A stretch of DNA of 54,201 nt from Rhodothermales bacterium. Its GTDB lineage: Bacteria; Bacteroidota; Rhodothermia; Rhodothermales; JAHQVL01. How positions within the stretch are numbered: position 1 is the first letter of the stretch; every line of letters starts with the position of its first letter. Positions 26,004 to 33,946 of this stretch are shown in pieces. The notes below the pieces were generated by a model that worked only from the letters and a program-made list of their open reading frames with translations, did no database searches and was not told the DNA's origin. The position numbers and the translations under genes were made by a program. Where the stretch lies: NCBI GenBank assembly GCA_041738655.1, contig JBGSPJ010000401.1, forward strand, positions 1 to 54,201, given 5' to 3'.

Positions 26004-26882
26004 TCAGGAGGATGAAATGATGTCGAGCTCCTTGTATAGCTCGTGGTATCCCCAGCGTTCGATGATGTCGCCCACCTTCGCGGTCACGGCCGGCATCAGC
26101 ATCTCGGGGATCTCTTCCTGCCATGAGGCGACCTGGCCCTTGCGGAAGGTGTGCCGGCCGGGGCCGAACAACTCTTCGACGACCTTGTCGATCGGTGGAT
26201 TCTTGATATCCAGACTATCGCACAACCGACGCAGGGTGTTCCGCTGGATCTCGTCCGAACCGCCGCCGCGGTTACCTACGAGATCCTCGAAGCGAATCTT
26301 GACCGTGTCGTCCGACGACAGCCATCCCTCCAGGGCAAGGCAGCGCGATCGCAGCGGTTCGAGGTAGGCGTTTCGGAAACGCCGTCCGTTGAGCACGGCA
26401 TCAAACCGCTCGTCCATGTTGAGCGCAGCAAATTCCGCGTGGATGACATGCTCCTTGCGTTCGGCGACATAGTGAACAAAAGAAACCAGAACGGCGCGAG
26501 GATCCCGAAAGACGACGATCGGCCGGATATCGTGCGCCACCACGGCGTCCAGCAGCGCCGTTGAGTATCCGACGTGCGCCGTGAAAAAAGAATGGGTCGG
26601 CGCTTTGCGCAACATCCGGTGCACGGCGCCGCGAGAGATCTCCACCGGCGTGTCGATGCCCACTAGATAGCCCTGGCGTACGGGCAGCCAGGCTAGCCGG
26701 CGCCATTTGCTGGCCAGGCCGGGGTTCAACACCTGCGCGGAGCCGACATGGTCGCGCTCGGAGTACCCCATCAATTTGAGGCATTTCGCGGTAAGGTGAG
26801 TACCGGATTTGGGCAGCGAGTTTATAAACGCTTGTTTCATTGATTCAGGTCGCAAGCGGCGCGTTAACGCCAGGAGGGGCAT
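26004..26882 (-). CDS. Sulfotransferase domain protein (PAPS-dependent)
   Basis: 5'-PSB loop FINSLPKSGTHLTAKCL. RFEDLVGNRGG. No signal peptide or TM helix. Its ATG shares one base with the wzy stop (TGATG). Confidence 0.8.
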   Translation of the reverse strand: MPLLALTRRLRPESMKQAFINSLPKSGTHLTAKCLKLMGYSERDHVGSAQVLNPGLASKWRRLAWLPVRQGYLVGIDTPVEISRGAVHRMLRKAPTHSFFTAHVGYSTALLDAVVAHDIRPIVVFRDPRAVLVSFVHYVAERKEHVIHAEFAALNMDERFDAVLNGRRFRNAYLEPLRSRCLALEGWLSSDDTVKIRFEDLVGNRGGGSDEIQRNTLRRLCDSLDIKNPPIDKVVEELFGPGRHTFRKGQVASWQEEIPEMLMPAVTAKVGDIIERWGYHELYKELDIISSS

Positions 26883-28324
26883 CAGATTCGGTTCTGGGCA
26901 TGATAGGCCCTGTAATACAACCGCGCAGCCTCTTTCTCTTCCGCGTGGTTCTGCGCAATGGCCAGGCCAAGGCTCACAAATAACCAGGTAAAGGGCTCGA
27001 AATCGTACGCCACGTAATAGGCGGAGGCACCCAGCAACACCACAAGGCTCAGCAGGGAGGTCATTTTGTAAAAGGGGTCTAGCGTTTCAACATAGGTCCG
27101 CCGAAGACGCACATACGTTTGCAGGGCAAACGACAGGTATAACAGAAGCCCGATGACGCCAATCTGGTAATGCAGCTGGATGTATTGATTATGGAGCATC
27201 GCTGTTACAATCGATCCGGTCGGAGACCGCAACTGAAAGTAATTACCGAGTCCTTTCCCTTCGAGAAAATGCGCTCGGGATTGCTCGAGGGCGTCCATCC
27301 AGAGATGAAAGCGCCAGCTGGCTGTCTGGTCTTCGGAAGGCGCCGTGAGCGCTGTCATGCGCTCCTGGATGTAGCCAAACAGATCGAGATCGTCATACAC
27401 GAGCCCGAGCAGGAGCGCGGCCGTGATGGCGAGGAAAGTCAATTTCATGATCGTTCCCATCCGGAAGTAGCCCATCAAGAACAGAACGAACAACGAAACG
27501 ATGGCCGCCAGCCAGACGGAGCGGTGGCTGGCAATGATCGTCAGCGCCATCGATATCCCGATCAGCATCGCCAGCAGCGTGTTGCTCCGCCACCAGAAGC
27601 CAAATTGCTTCATCAGGTAAATCGCCAGTGTTCCCCACAGCAGTGCCAGCGAACCGTGCTGGTACAGCCACTTCGCGTACGCATGGAACGCGAAGTGGTG
27701 GACATACGCGCCGCGAAACAGGCCGATGGCGATGAAGGAAAGCGTCATGCCGACCAGGACCTGGAAGACACGCCACTGATCATGCCGGGTGCGCGCGAAA
27801 ATGATCACGTAGGGCACGATGAGGATTTCCCGGAAGTACGTCCGGAACTCGCCCAGCGGGCTGACCACGCCAAAAAGCATCATCGAGCGGGCGAGTTCAA
27901 AAACCATCCATCCCATGAATATGGTCCACCACAGGTTCTCCCGGAGCAATACGTGGCGCGCGCGAAGGTCGCTGGAAAACACTTTGACGGCCATCGCGGC
28001 CAACATGGCGAACAGGATCGGGTCGCCATACAACATGTCCACGCCGCCGCCGGCGCTGAGCGAGGGCTCGACGTAGTTCGAGTAGTCCCAGATGACGACC
28101 TCGACCATGATCTGCGTGGCTAGCCCCCACATCAGCACCATCACGAGGTGGTACTTGTAGGCGACCAGTACCAGACCAAACGCCAGGCAGAGGCCGTTGA
28201 GGAGCAAAACAACCTTCTCCCCTCCAAACACCAGGAACGCAAAAAACGACAGCGCGACGAGCACCATCGCGCTGATCTCTACAGGCGAACGCCGGCTTGA
28301 CGCTTTTTCAAGCAGGCTGGACAT
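26882..28324 (-). CDS. wzy: O-antigen ligase/polymerase-family membrane protein (Wzy-type repeat-unit polymerase)
   Basis: 480 aa, polytopic (about 11-12 TM helices). One larger periplasmic loop with an Arg/His-containing segment, as in Wzy_C-type proteins. Sits in a context with wzx, wza and wzc. Confidence 0.75.
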   Translation of the reverse strand: MSSLLEKASSRRSPVEISAMVLVALSFFAFLVFGGEKVVLLLNGLCLAFGLVLVAYKYHLVMVLMWGLATQIMVEVVIWDYSNYVEPSLSAGGGVDMLYGDPILFAMLAAMAVKVFSSDLRARHVLLRENLWWTIFMGWMVFELARSMMLFGVVSPLGEFRTYFREILIVPYVIIFARTRHDQWRVFQVLVGMTLSFIAIGLFRGAYVHHFAFHAYAKWLYQHGSLALLWGTLAIYLMKQFGFWWRSNTLLAMLIGISMALTIIASHRSVWLAAIVSLFVLFLMGYFRMGTIMKLTFLAITAALLLGLVYDDLDLFGYIQERMTALTAPSEDQTASWRFHLWMDALEQSRAHFLEGKGLGNYFQLRSPTGSIVTAMLHNQYIQLHYQIGVIGLLLYLSFALQTYVRLRRTYVETLDPFYKMTSLLSLVVLLGASAYYVAYDFEPFTWLFVSLGLAIAQNHAEEKEAARLYYRAYHAQNRI

Positions 28325-28451
28325 AACCGTTGCGATCCATCGGATACTACGTTAAAAAGGAATGACGACGCGGCGTGTGGACTCGAAAAATCATAAAAAT
28401 GGGCACGCGAGCGTCATCAAGTACAGTGCCACACGGCCTGTTTTGTTTCGA

Positions 28452-31229
28452 CTATATCGGCAATGTTTGGATGATTCTGGCATCCGCGTTGGATGAATTA
28501 TGCGCCGTCATCACGATCCGCATCCCGGGGGGGATGTCGATCAGGCCGGCATGCACGAGTCGACCCTCCGCATTGGAGCGGAAGGCCCGGATAGGCTCGC
28601 CCGTCAGCCGGCTCAGACGGACGTCGGCGAGCGGGAGGGTGAGCATGTCATCGGGCAACGTGCTCATTCGGGCGCGTCCCATGGCGGAGCCGGCCATTAC
28701 GAGAGCGTCGCCGCCGCGGGGCGGGACGCCGGGAGGATCCACTAGATTGCGGAGGGAGAGGGTCACCACCGGGTCTTCCGGTCGGGTATCAAACTGCATT
28801 TCCAGGAAATTCCAGTAAAACGGCCCCGACGCCGGCGCCAGATCGGGGGAATGGTAATCCGCATGGTAAAACGCGGTCACTTCAATCGACCGGCCGTCAT
28901 AGTCGGTCATCAGCCGGCCAAAGTTCTCCTTGGGCTCGCGGCCCGAGTTCCGCCCGATCGGGCCAAAGCTGCACTCGCACACGTTGTGGTGCATGTTGCG
29001 CAGGATCGTGCCGTTGTGTACATCCCCGTACACGGTGACCACGCCGCCCCGGGCGCCCATCAGTTCGAGCACCCGGTCGGCTCCCGCCGTCACCCAGCCG
29101 GCGTAGTCCGCCGTCACCCGGTCGTCCTGATTAAAGACGAGGCCGGTTTCGGGGTCTTTTTCGGTGCCGGACCAGATCGTGTGCAGCCCGTTGATCCCGG
29201 TGACGCAGATGAGCGGCGAGGCGTCTGTGCGCAACTGCTCCTGCAGCCAGGCGAACTGCTCTTCGCCGAGCAACGTCCGTGTCGGGTCGCTGCGGTCGTA
29301 GAGTTGGCGTTTGTGGCCCCAGCCATTGTCGTCCCAGATCCGCGTGTCCTGGGAAGTGCGCCAGAGGCGGGCGTCCATGATGAGCAGCGAAAAGTCGCTG
29401 GCCGGCGAACGCCACCGCCGCCATAACTTTGGGTTTTCTTCGGCGTTCGGGTTTTCGTCGCCGCTCATCAGGTGGCGGACGATCTGGAAATTGCGCCGCA
29501 TGTACGCCGAATCCTGCCCGAGATCGTCGTGCACCCGTACGAGGCGCTGCTCGGGGCCCTTCACGTCGTCCATCCCGTAGTCGTGGTCGCCCGGGTTCAC
29601 CACATTCCAGTGCCGCATCATCTGCCACCGCGTGGTAGGGCCGGCGATGGTCGTGGTGATGACTTTATAGGCGTCGTCCGTGCTGGGCGGGGGAAACATG
29701 AGTTCGAGATACCAGACGTCGTCCTCCCAGAGCATCACCTGGAAGCCGTAGTCTTCCAGATACAGATAGGCCTCGGGGGTCGGCTGGTCGTGCACGAACC
29801 AGGCCTGGTATTTTTCGGCGCGCGGTAGGTTCGGGCCGTTGCCGTGGATGGAGTGGCAGCTGAGTCCGCATAGCCGGTAAGGCGCCGCCAACTGAGGCAG
29901 CCGGCCCACGTACAGTCCGCTCGAGGGCACGGTCCCGATAAAACCGGTGCCTGCGCCCACGCTGGCTGTTCCGATCCGTGGATCGGTGGTGAGGTCGACG
30001 TCGTTCCGCCAGACGGTGAAGTACTGCGTCCGGGTCGACGGATCGAAGGGGAGGACCACATCGATCACCGCGGTGCTACGCCGGAAGGCGTTGGTAACGA
30101 TGGGGGCCTCGCCGGCCGTCGGGAGGCTCTGCCAGCCGCCCTCGGGCGATTCCGTATCCGCGATACGGATGGCGGCGTGCCCGCCGTCATTCCTGAACAG
30201 GGCGATGAAGCGGCAATGCCAGATGCCGTCGCTTTCCTGAAGGGAGTCGAGCAGGGGATAACAGACCTGCAATTCGTTCAGAGGCGTTTCGAGCGCTTCG
30301 TTCTCTCGGGGTGCGAGCGTCACATTGCCGATCGAAACATCCAGGCCGCCGCGTGCGACAATCCCGAAGAACCCTTCGGTGTAGGCTTCGCGGTTGACAT
30401 TGGGAAGAGAAATCGACTGCCATGTGTCGTCATAAAACAGCATGGCTTCGATCGAGGCATACCGGGGGTCGGTGCCGTCGACGAAGAGTAGGATCGATCC
30501 GGTCTCGCCGGCGCGTGGTGCGCGGGTCGTAATCTCGGCGCGCTTGTCGACCGGTTTTAGAGTGTCTGACGTATGGCTGTAGATCCCGAATCGCCCGTCG
30601 TCCGTCCAGACCGCCATCCAGGCGGCGGAGTCGCCGGCGCTGCCGGGTAACAGCCGGTCGAGGAACGTGTCGCCCTCCTGGCTGCCGGTCCAGCTTTCGC
30701 CGAGGCATTCCGAGCCGAAGGCGATCCCGAAAAGCGCATACCCGGGGCGGTCTTGCTGGTTCGGCGTGCCGCTGGCATGGGCCGGCAGGGCGTGGACGGT
30801 AAAGTCGATCTGGATACTGTAGTTGCCACGTAGCCACCAGTCGCGCCGCCAGACCATGCCGTAGGGCAGAGAGATGTCGTACGTGACGGGCATCTGGCCG
30901 TCGCCGCGGGTGCGCCAGTGCCAGGGGAACGAGTCGGTCGGCCGCTTGTCGCCGGCATTTTCGAGGCGCCGGCGCATGCGCTGGTTTTCGATACGCCAGT
31001 ATCCCGGATTGACAGACTCCCACCCATTGCCCAGCCCGAGCGCGTCGTCGCGGGAGAAATCGTCGATGACAATCGTGCGCCCGCCGGCGGCCGTGAGGGG
31101 CGCCGGCGGGGCGGACGGATCGGTAGGGGTACACGACGAGAGCAGCAGGCTGCCGCCCAGGCCCGTCGCTCCCAGAGTACCCATTTTCTGGAGGAATTGC
31201 CTGCGGGAAACAGACTCGGGTGCGTCCAT
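28452..31229 (-). CDS. Tat-signal putative lipoprotein with a C-terminal PhoD-like metallophosphatase domain and an uncharacterised N-terminal half
   Basis: 925 aa. Twin-arginine signal SRRQFLQKMGTLGATGLGGSLLLSSC. PhoD-like motifs LLIMDARLWRT, LLGEEQFAWLQEQLRTDASPLICVTG and VVTVYGDVHNGT. The N-terminal ~400 aa have no motif I can name. Confidence 0.6.
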   Translation of the reverse strand: MDAPESVSRRQFLQKMGTLGATGLGGSLLLSSCTPTDPSAPPAPLTAAGGRTIVIDDFSRDDALGLGNGWESVNPGYWRIENQRMRRRLENAGDKRPTDSFPWHWRTRGDGQMPVTYDISLPYGMVWRRDWWLRGNYSIQIDFTVHALPAHASGTPNQQDRPGYALFGIAFGSECLGESWTGSQEGDTFLDRLLPGSAGDSAAWMAVWTDDGRFGIYSHTSDTLKPVDKRAEITTRAPRAGETGSILLFVDGTDPRYASIEAMLFYDDTWQSISLPNVNREAYTEGFFGIVARGGLDVSIGNVTLAPRENEALETPLNELQVCYPLLDSLQESDGIWHCRFIALFRNDGGHAAIRIADTESPEGGWQSLPTAGEAPIVTNAFRRSTAVIDVVLPFDPSTRTQYFTVWRNDVDLTTDPRIGTASVGAGTGFIGTVPSSGLYVGRLPQLAAPYRLCGLSCHSIHGNGPNLPRAEKYQAWFVHDQPTPEAYLYLEDYGFQVMLWEDDVWYLELMFPPPSTDDAYKVITTTIAGPTTRWQMMRHWNVVNPGDHDYGMDDVKGPEQRLVRVHDDLGQDSAYMRRNFQIVRHLMSGDENPNAEENPKLWRRWRSPASDFSLLIMDARLWRTSQDTRIWDDNGWGHKRQLYDRSDPTRTLLGEEQFAWLQEQLRTDASPLICVTGINGLHTIWSGTEKDPETGLVFNQDDRVTADYAGWVTAGADRVLELMGARGGVVTVYGDVHNGTILRNMHHNVCECSFGPIGRNSGREPKENFGRLMTDYDGRSIEVTAFYHADYHSPDLAPASGPFYWNFLEMQFDTRPEDPVVTLSLRNLVDPPGVPPRGGDALVMAGSAMGRARMSTLPDDMLTLPLADVRLSRLTGEPIRAFRSNAEGRLVHAGLIDIPPGMRIVMTAHNSSNADARIIQTLPI

Positions 31230-31242
31230 CGGGGCGGAGCTA

Positions 31243-32316
31243 TCAGGCGACGTGTCGTTCGCGAAGGGTGAGTTCGTCCCGTGCGGCGTCGAGGTCGGAG
31301 TCTACCATCTCGCGCACCATGTCTTCGAGCGTGCAGGTGGCTTCCCAGCCCAGTTTCTGCTTGGCCTTGGTCGGGTCGCCCAGCAACAGGTCCACTTCTG
31401 TCGGGCGGTAGTAGCGGGGGTCGACTTCAACGACCACTTCGCCGGTATCAGTCCGGTACCCTTTTTCGGCTTCCTCGGCGCCCTTCCAGGCCACTTCGAT
31501 GCCGACGGCGCCGAAGGCCGCGTTGCAGAAGTCGCGCACCGTCGTCGTCCGGCCGGTGGCGAGCACGTAGTCGTCCGGCTGGTCCTGCTGGAGCATCATC
31601 CACATACCCTCGACATAGTCGCGGGCGTGGCCCCAGTCGCGCTTGGCGTCCAGGTTACCCAGATACAGTTCCTTCTGGAGCCCGAGTTTGATGCGGGCGA
31701 CAGCGCGGGTGATCTTGCGCGTCACGAAGGTCTCGCCGCGGAGCGGGCTTTCGTGGTTAAACAGAATGCCGTTGCAGGCAAACATGTTGTAGGCCTCCCG
31801 GTAGTTCACCGTGATCCAGTAGCCATAGAGCTTGGCGGCGGCGTACGGGCTGCGCGGGTAAAACGGCGTCGTTTCGCTCTGGGGCACGGCCTGTACCTTG
31901 CCGTAGAGCTCGCTGGTCGAGGCCTGGTAGAAACGGGTCGTGTTCTGGAGTCCGAGGATACGGATGGCTTCCAATAGCCGGAGCGTACCGATGCCGTCGA
32001 CGTTGGCCGTGTACTCCGGCGTCTCGAAGCTGACCTGGACGTGGCTCTGGGCGGCGAGGTTGTAGATCTCGGTGGGCTGGACTTCCTGCACGATACGGAT
32101 CAGGTTCGTCGAGTCCGTTAGATCGCCGTAATGGAGGAAAAAGCGGGCATTGTCGATGTGCGGGTCGACATAGAGGTGATCTATGCGCTGCGTGTTAAAG
32201 GAGCTCGAGCGGCGTTTAATGCCATGCACCTCGTAGCCTTTCTTGAGCAGCGATTCGGCCAGATAGGCGCCGTCCTGACCGGTGATGCCGGTGATCAAAG
32301 CACATTTCTTTTTCAT
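31243..32316 (-). CDS. gmd: GDP-mannose 4,6-dehydratase
   Basis: 357 aa. [60 protein letters not shown]. Near-canonical Gmd. Confidence 0.95.
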   Translation of the reverse strand: MKKKCALITGITGQDGAYLAESLLKKGYEVHGIKRRSSSFNTQRIDHLYVDPHIDNARFFLHYGDLTDSTNLIRIVQEVQPTEIYNLAAQSHVQVSFETPEYTANVDGIGTLRLLEAIRILGLQNTTRFYQASTSELYGKVQAVPQSETTPFYPRSPYAAAKLYGYWITVNYREAYNMFACNGILFNHESPLRGETFVTRKITRAVARIKLGLQKELYLGNLDAKRDWGHARDYVEGMWMMLQQDQPDDYVLATGRTTTVRDFCNAAFGAVGIEVAWKGAEEAEKGYRTDTGEVVVEVDPRYYRPTEVDLLLGDPTKAKQKLGWEATCTLEDMVREMVDSDLDAARDELTLRERHVA

Positions 32317-32373
32317 GACTCGAAAATTATGGATAAAGGGTTTTAAATCATTACAGGCGAGGCCGCGGCCTGC

Positions 32374-33342
32374 TCAAGCGGGCATATGATGGTCCTGAAA
32401 CCACGCATAGGATTGTTCGATGCCCTTTCGGAGCGAGGTGCCGGCCGTCCAGCCGAGCTTCGTCATCCGCGAGACATCCATCAATTTGCGCGGGGTGCCG
32501 TCCGGCTTGGAGGCGTCGTATTCGATCGGGCTGGTGCTGCCGACGACGTCGCGCACGAGCTCGGCCAGTTCGCGGATCGAGAGGTCGTATCCGGCGCCCA
32601 CGTTCAGGATGCCGTCCGGCGCCGTCCCATAAATAACATCGGCCGGTTGCTCCATCGCAAAAACGGTGGCGTCCGCCATGTCGTCCACGTACAAGAATTC
32701 GCGTAGCGGCTTACCCGATCCCCAGATGGGCACGGGGGCGTCAGGAAGGCCGTTGGTGCCCTTCGCCTCGTGGAATTTACGGATGAGCGCGGGGAGGACG
32801 TGACTGGATTTGAGGTCAAAATTATCGTTCGGGCCGTACAGGTTGGTCGGCATCATGCTAAAAAAGTCCGACCCATGCTGCTTTCGGTACGCCTGACAGA
32901 GCTTGATGCCCGCGATCTTCGCGATCGCATACCATTCGTTCGTCGGCTCGAGTGGACCTGTGAGCAGGTACTCTTCCTTTAGCGGCTGGGGCGCCAGCTT
33001 GGGATAGATGCAGGAGCTTCCGAGGAAGATCAGCCGCTTGACGCCGGCGCCAAACGCCGCCCGGATAATGTTGGTCTCTATCACCAGGTTGTCGCTGATG
33101 AAGTCGGCCGGGTAGGCGTTATTCGCGAGAATCCCTCCGACTTTCGCCGCCGCCAGGATCACCACGTTTGGGTGTTCCTTTGCAAAAAACGAGGCCACAT
33201 CCGACTGGGAGAGAAGGTCCAGCTCCTGCCGGGTGCGGGTCACGATGTGGTCGTACCCGCCGGCCGTAAGGCGGCGGACGATGGCGGAGCCTACGAGCCC
33301 CCGGTGGCCGGCCACAAAGATCCGGTCGTGTTTGGAAATCAT
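32374..33342 (-). CDS. fcl: GDP-L-fucose synthase (GDP-4-keto-6-deoxymannose 3,5-epimerase/4-reductase)
   Basis: 322 aa. IFVAGHRGLVGSAI, LGSSCIYPK, YAIAKIAG, PTNLYGPNDNF. Canonical Fcl/WcaG. Confidence 0.93.
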   Translation of the reverse strand: MISKHDRIFVAGHRGLVGSAIVRRLTAGGYDHIVTRTRQELDLLSQSDVASFFAKEHPNVVILAAAKVGGILANNAYPADFISDNLVIETNIIRAAFGAGVKRLIFLGSSCIYPKLAPQPLKEEYLLTGPLEPTNEWYAIAKIAGIKLCQAYRKQHGSDFFSMMPTNLYGPNDNFDLKSSHVLPALIRKFHEAKGTNGLPDAPVPIWGSGKPLREFLYVDDMADATVFAMEQPADVIYGTAPDGILNVGAGYDLSIRELAELVRDVVGSTSPIEYDASKPDGTPRKLMDVSRMTKLGWTAGTSLRKGIEQSYAWFQDHHMPA

Positions 33343-33348
33343 GAGGGT

Positions 33349-33882
33349 TTAGTTACGGCTGAGCCGCTCGACGAGGAGAAGCGTGGAAAGAATCGGGCTG
33401 ATGATGGTGAAGACGTCGCGCCAGTTCATTCGCCTTCGCTGGTCGACTTCGATCGTCAACACATCACCATCCTGGAGCAGGGGCGTTTCAGACGTGTCGT
33501 TGAGCATCTCATCCATCGTGGACTCGAAGATCTGCATGCGCGCGCCACCGCGGTTGCGGAACAGGCGCACGGTCGGCGTCTGATTCCAATCCGGGTTCGT
33601 CGCAAACACAGGGCCTCCGGAAAGCGCCAGCAGGAAGCCCAGGTTCTCGCCCTCTTCGATGATGTAGACACCTGGCGACTGGAGTTTGCCAAACGCGTAC
33701 ACCTGGATTGTCGCAGAGCCTGGCTCCACGTGGTAGAAGTAGGATTTGATATTGCTTTGCGTGTCTTCGACGCGGCCGAAGTTCTGCTGGGCGAGGGCCG
33801 GCTTCAGGGAGCAAAAACCGACAAGCATGCACAACGCGAATGCTACCGCATTCGCGCTGGCACGACGCGTACGTCTGTGCAT
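33349..33882 (-). CDS. wza: Polysaccharide export outer-membrane protein (short Wza-like, Poly_export/SLBB)
   Basis: Start set at the ATG at 33882 (MHRRTRRASANAVAFALCMLVGFCSLKPALAQ). Motifs VQVYAFGKLQSPGVYIIEEG and LQDGDVLTIEV. Sits directly downstream of wzc. Confidence 0.7.
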   Translation of the reverse strand: MHRRTRRASANAVAFALCMLVGFCSLKPALAQQNFGRVEDTQSNIKSYFYHVEPGSATIQVYAFGKLQSPGVYIIEEGENLGFLLALSGGPVFATNPDWNQTPTVRLFRNRGGARMQIFESTMDEMLNDTSETPLLQDGDVLTIEVDQRRRMNWRDVFTIISPILSTLLLVERLSRN

Positions 33883-33946
33883 GATAATTCTCTCGGGGAT
33901 GTGTGTGAACGACTGATCGTTGGGAGTTGCGCCCGAGATGCAGCGG

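Noticed and set aside
27170-28123. 317-aa plus-strand ORF antisense to wzy
   Set aside because: The product is a highly charged Arg/His/Glu/Gln-rich sequence with no motif. The minus strand encodes a coherent polytopic membrane protein that fits the operon.
30874-31977. 367-aa plus-strand ORF spanning the PhoD-like gene start and gmd in antisense
   Set aside because: It crosses two well-supported minus-strand genes, and its product has no motif.
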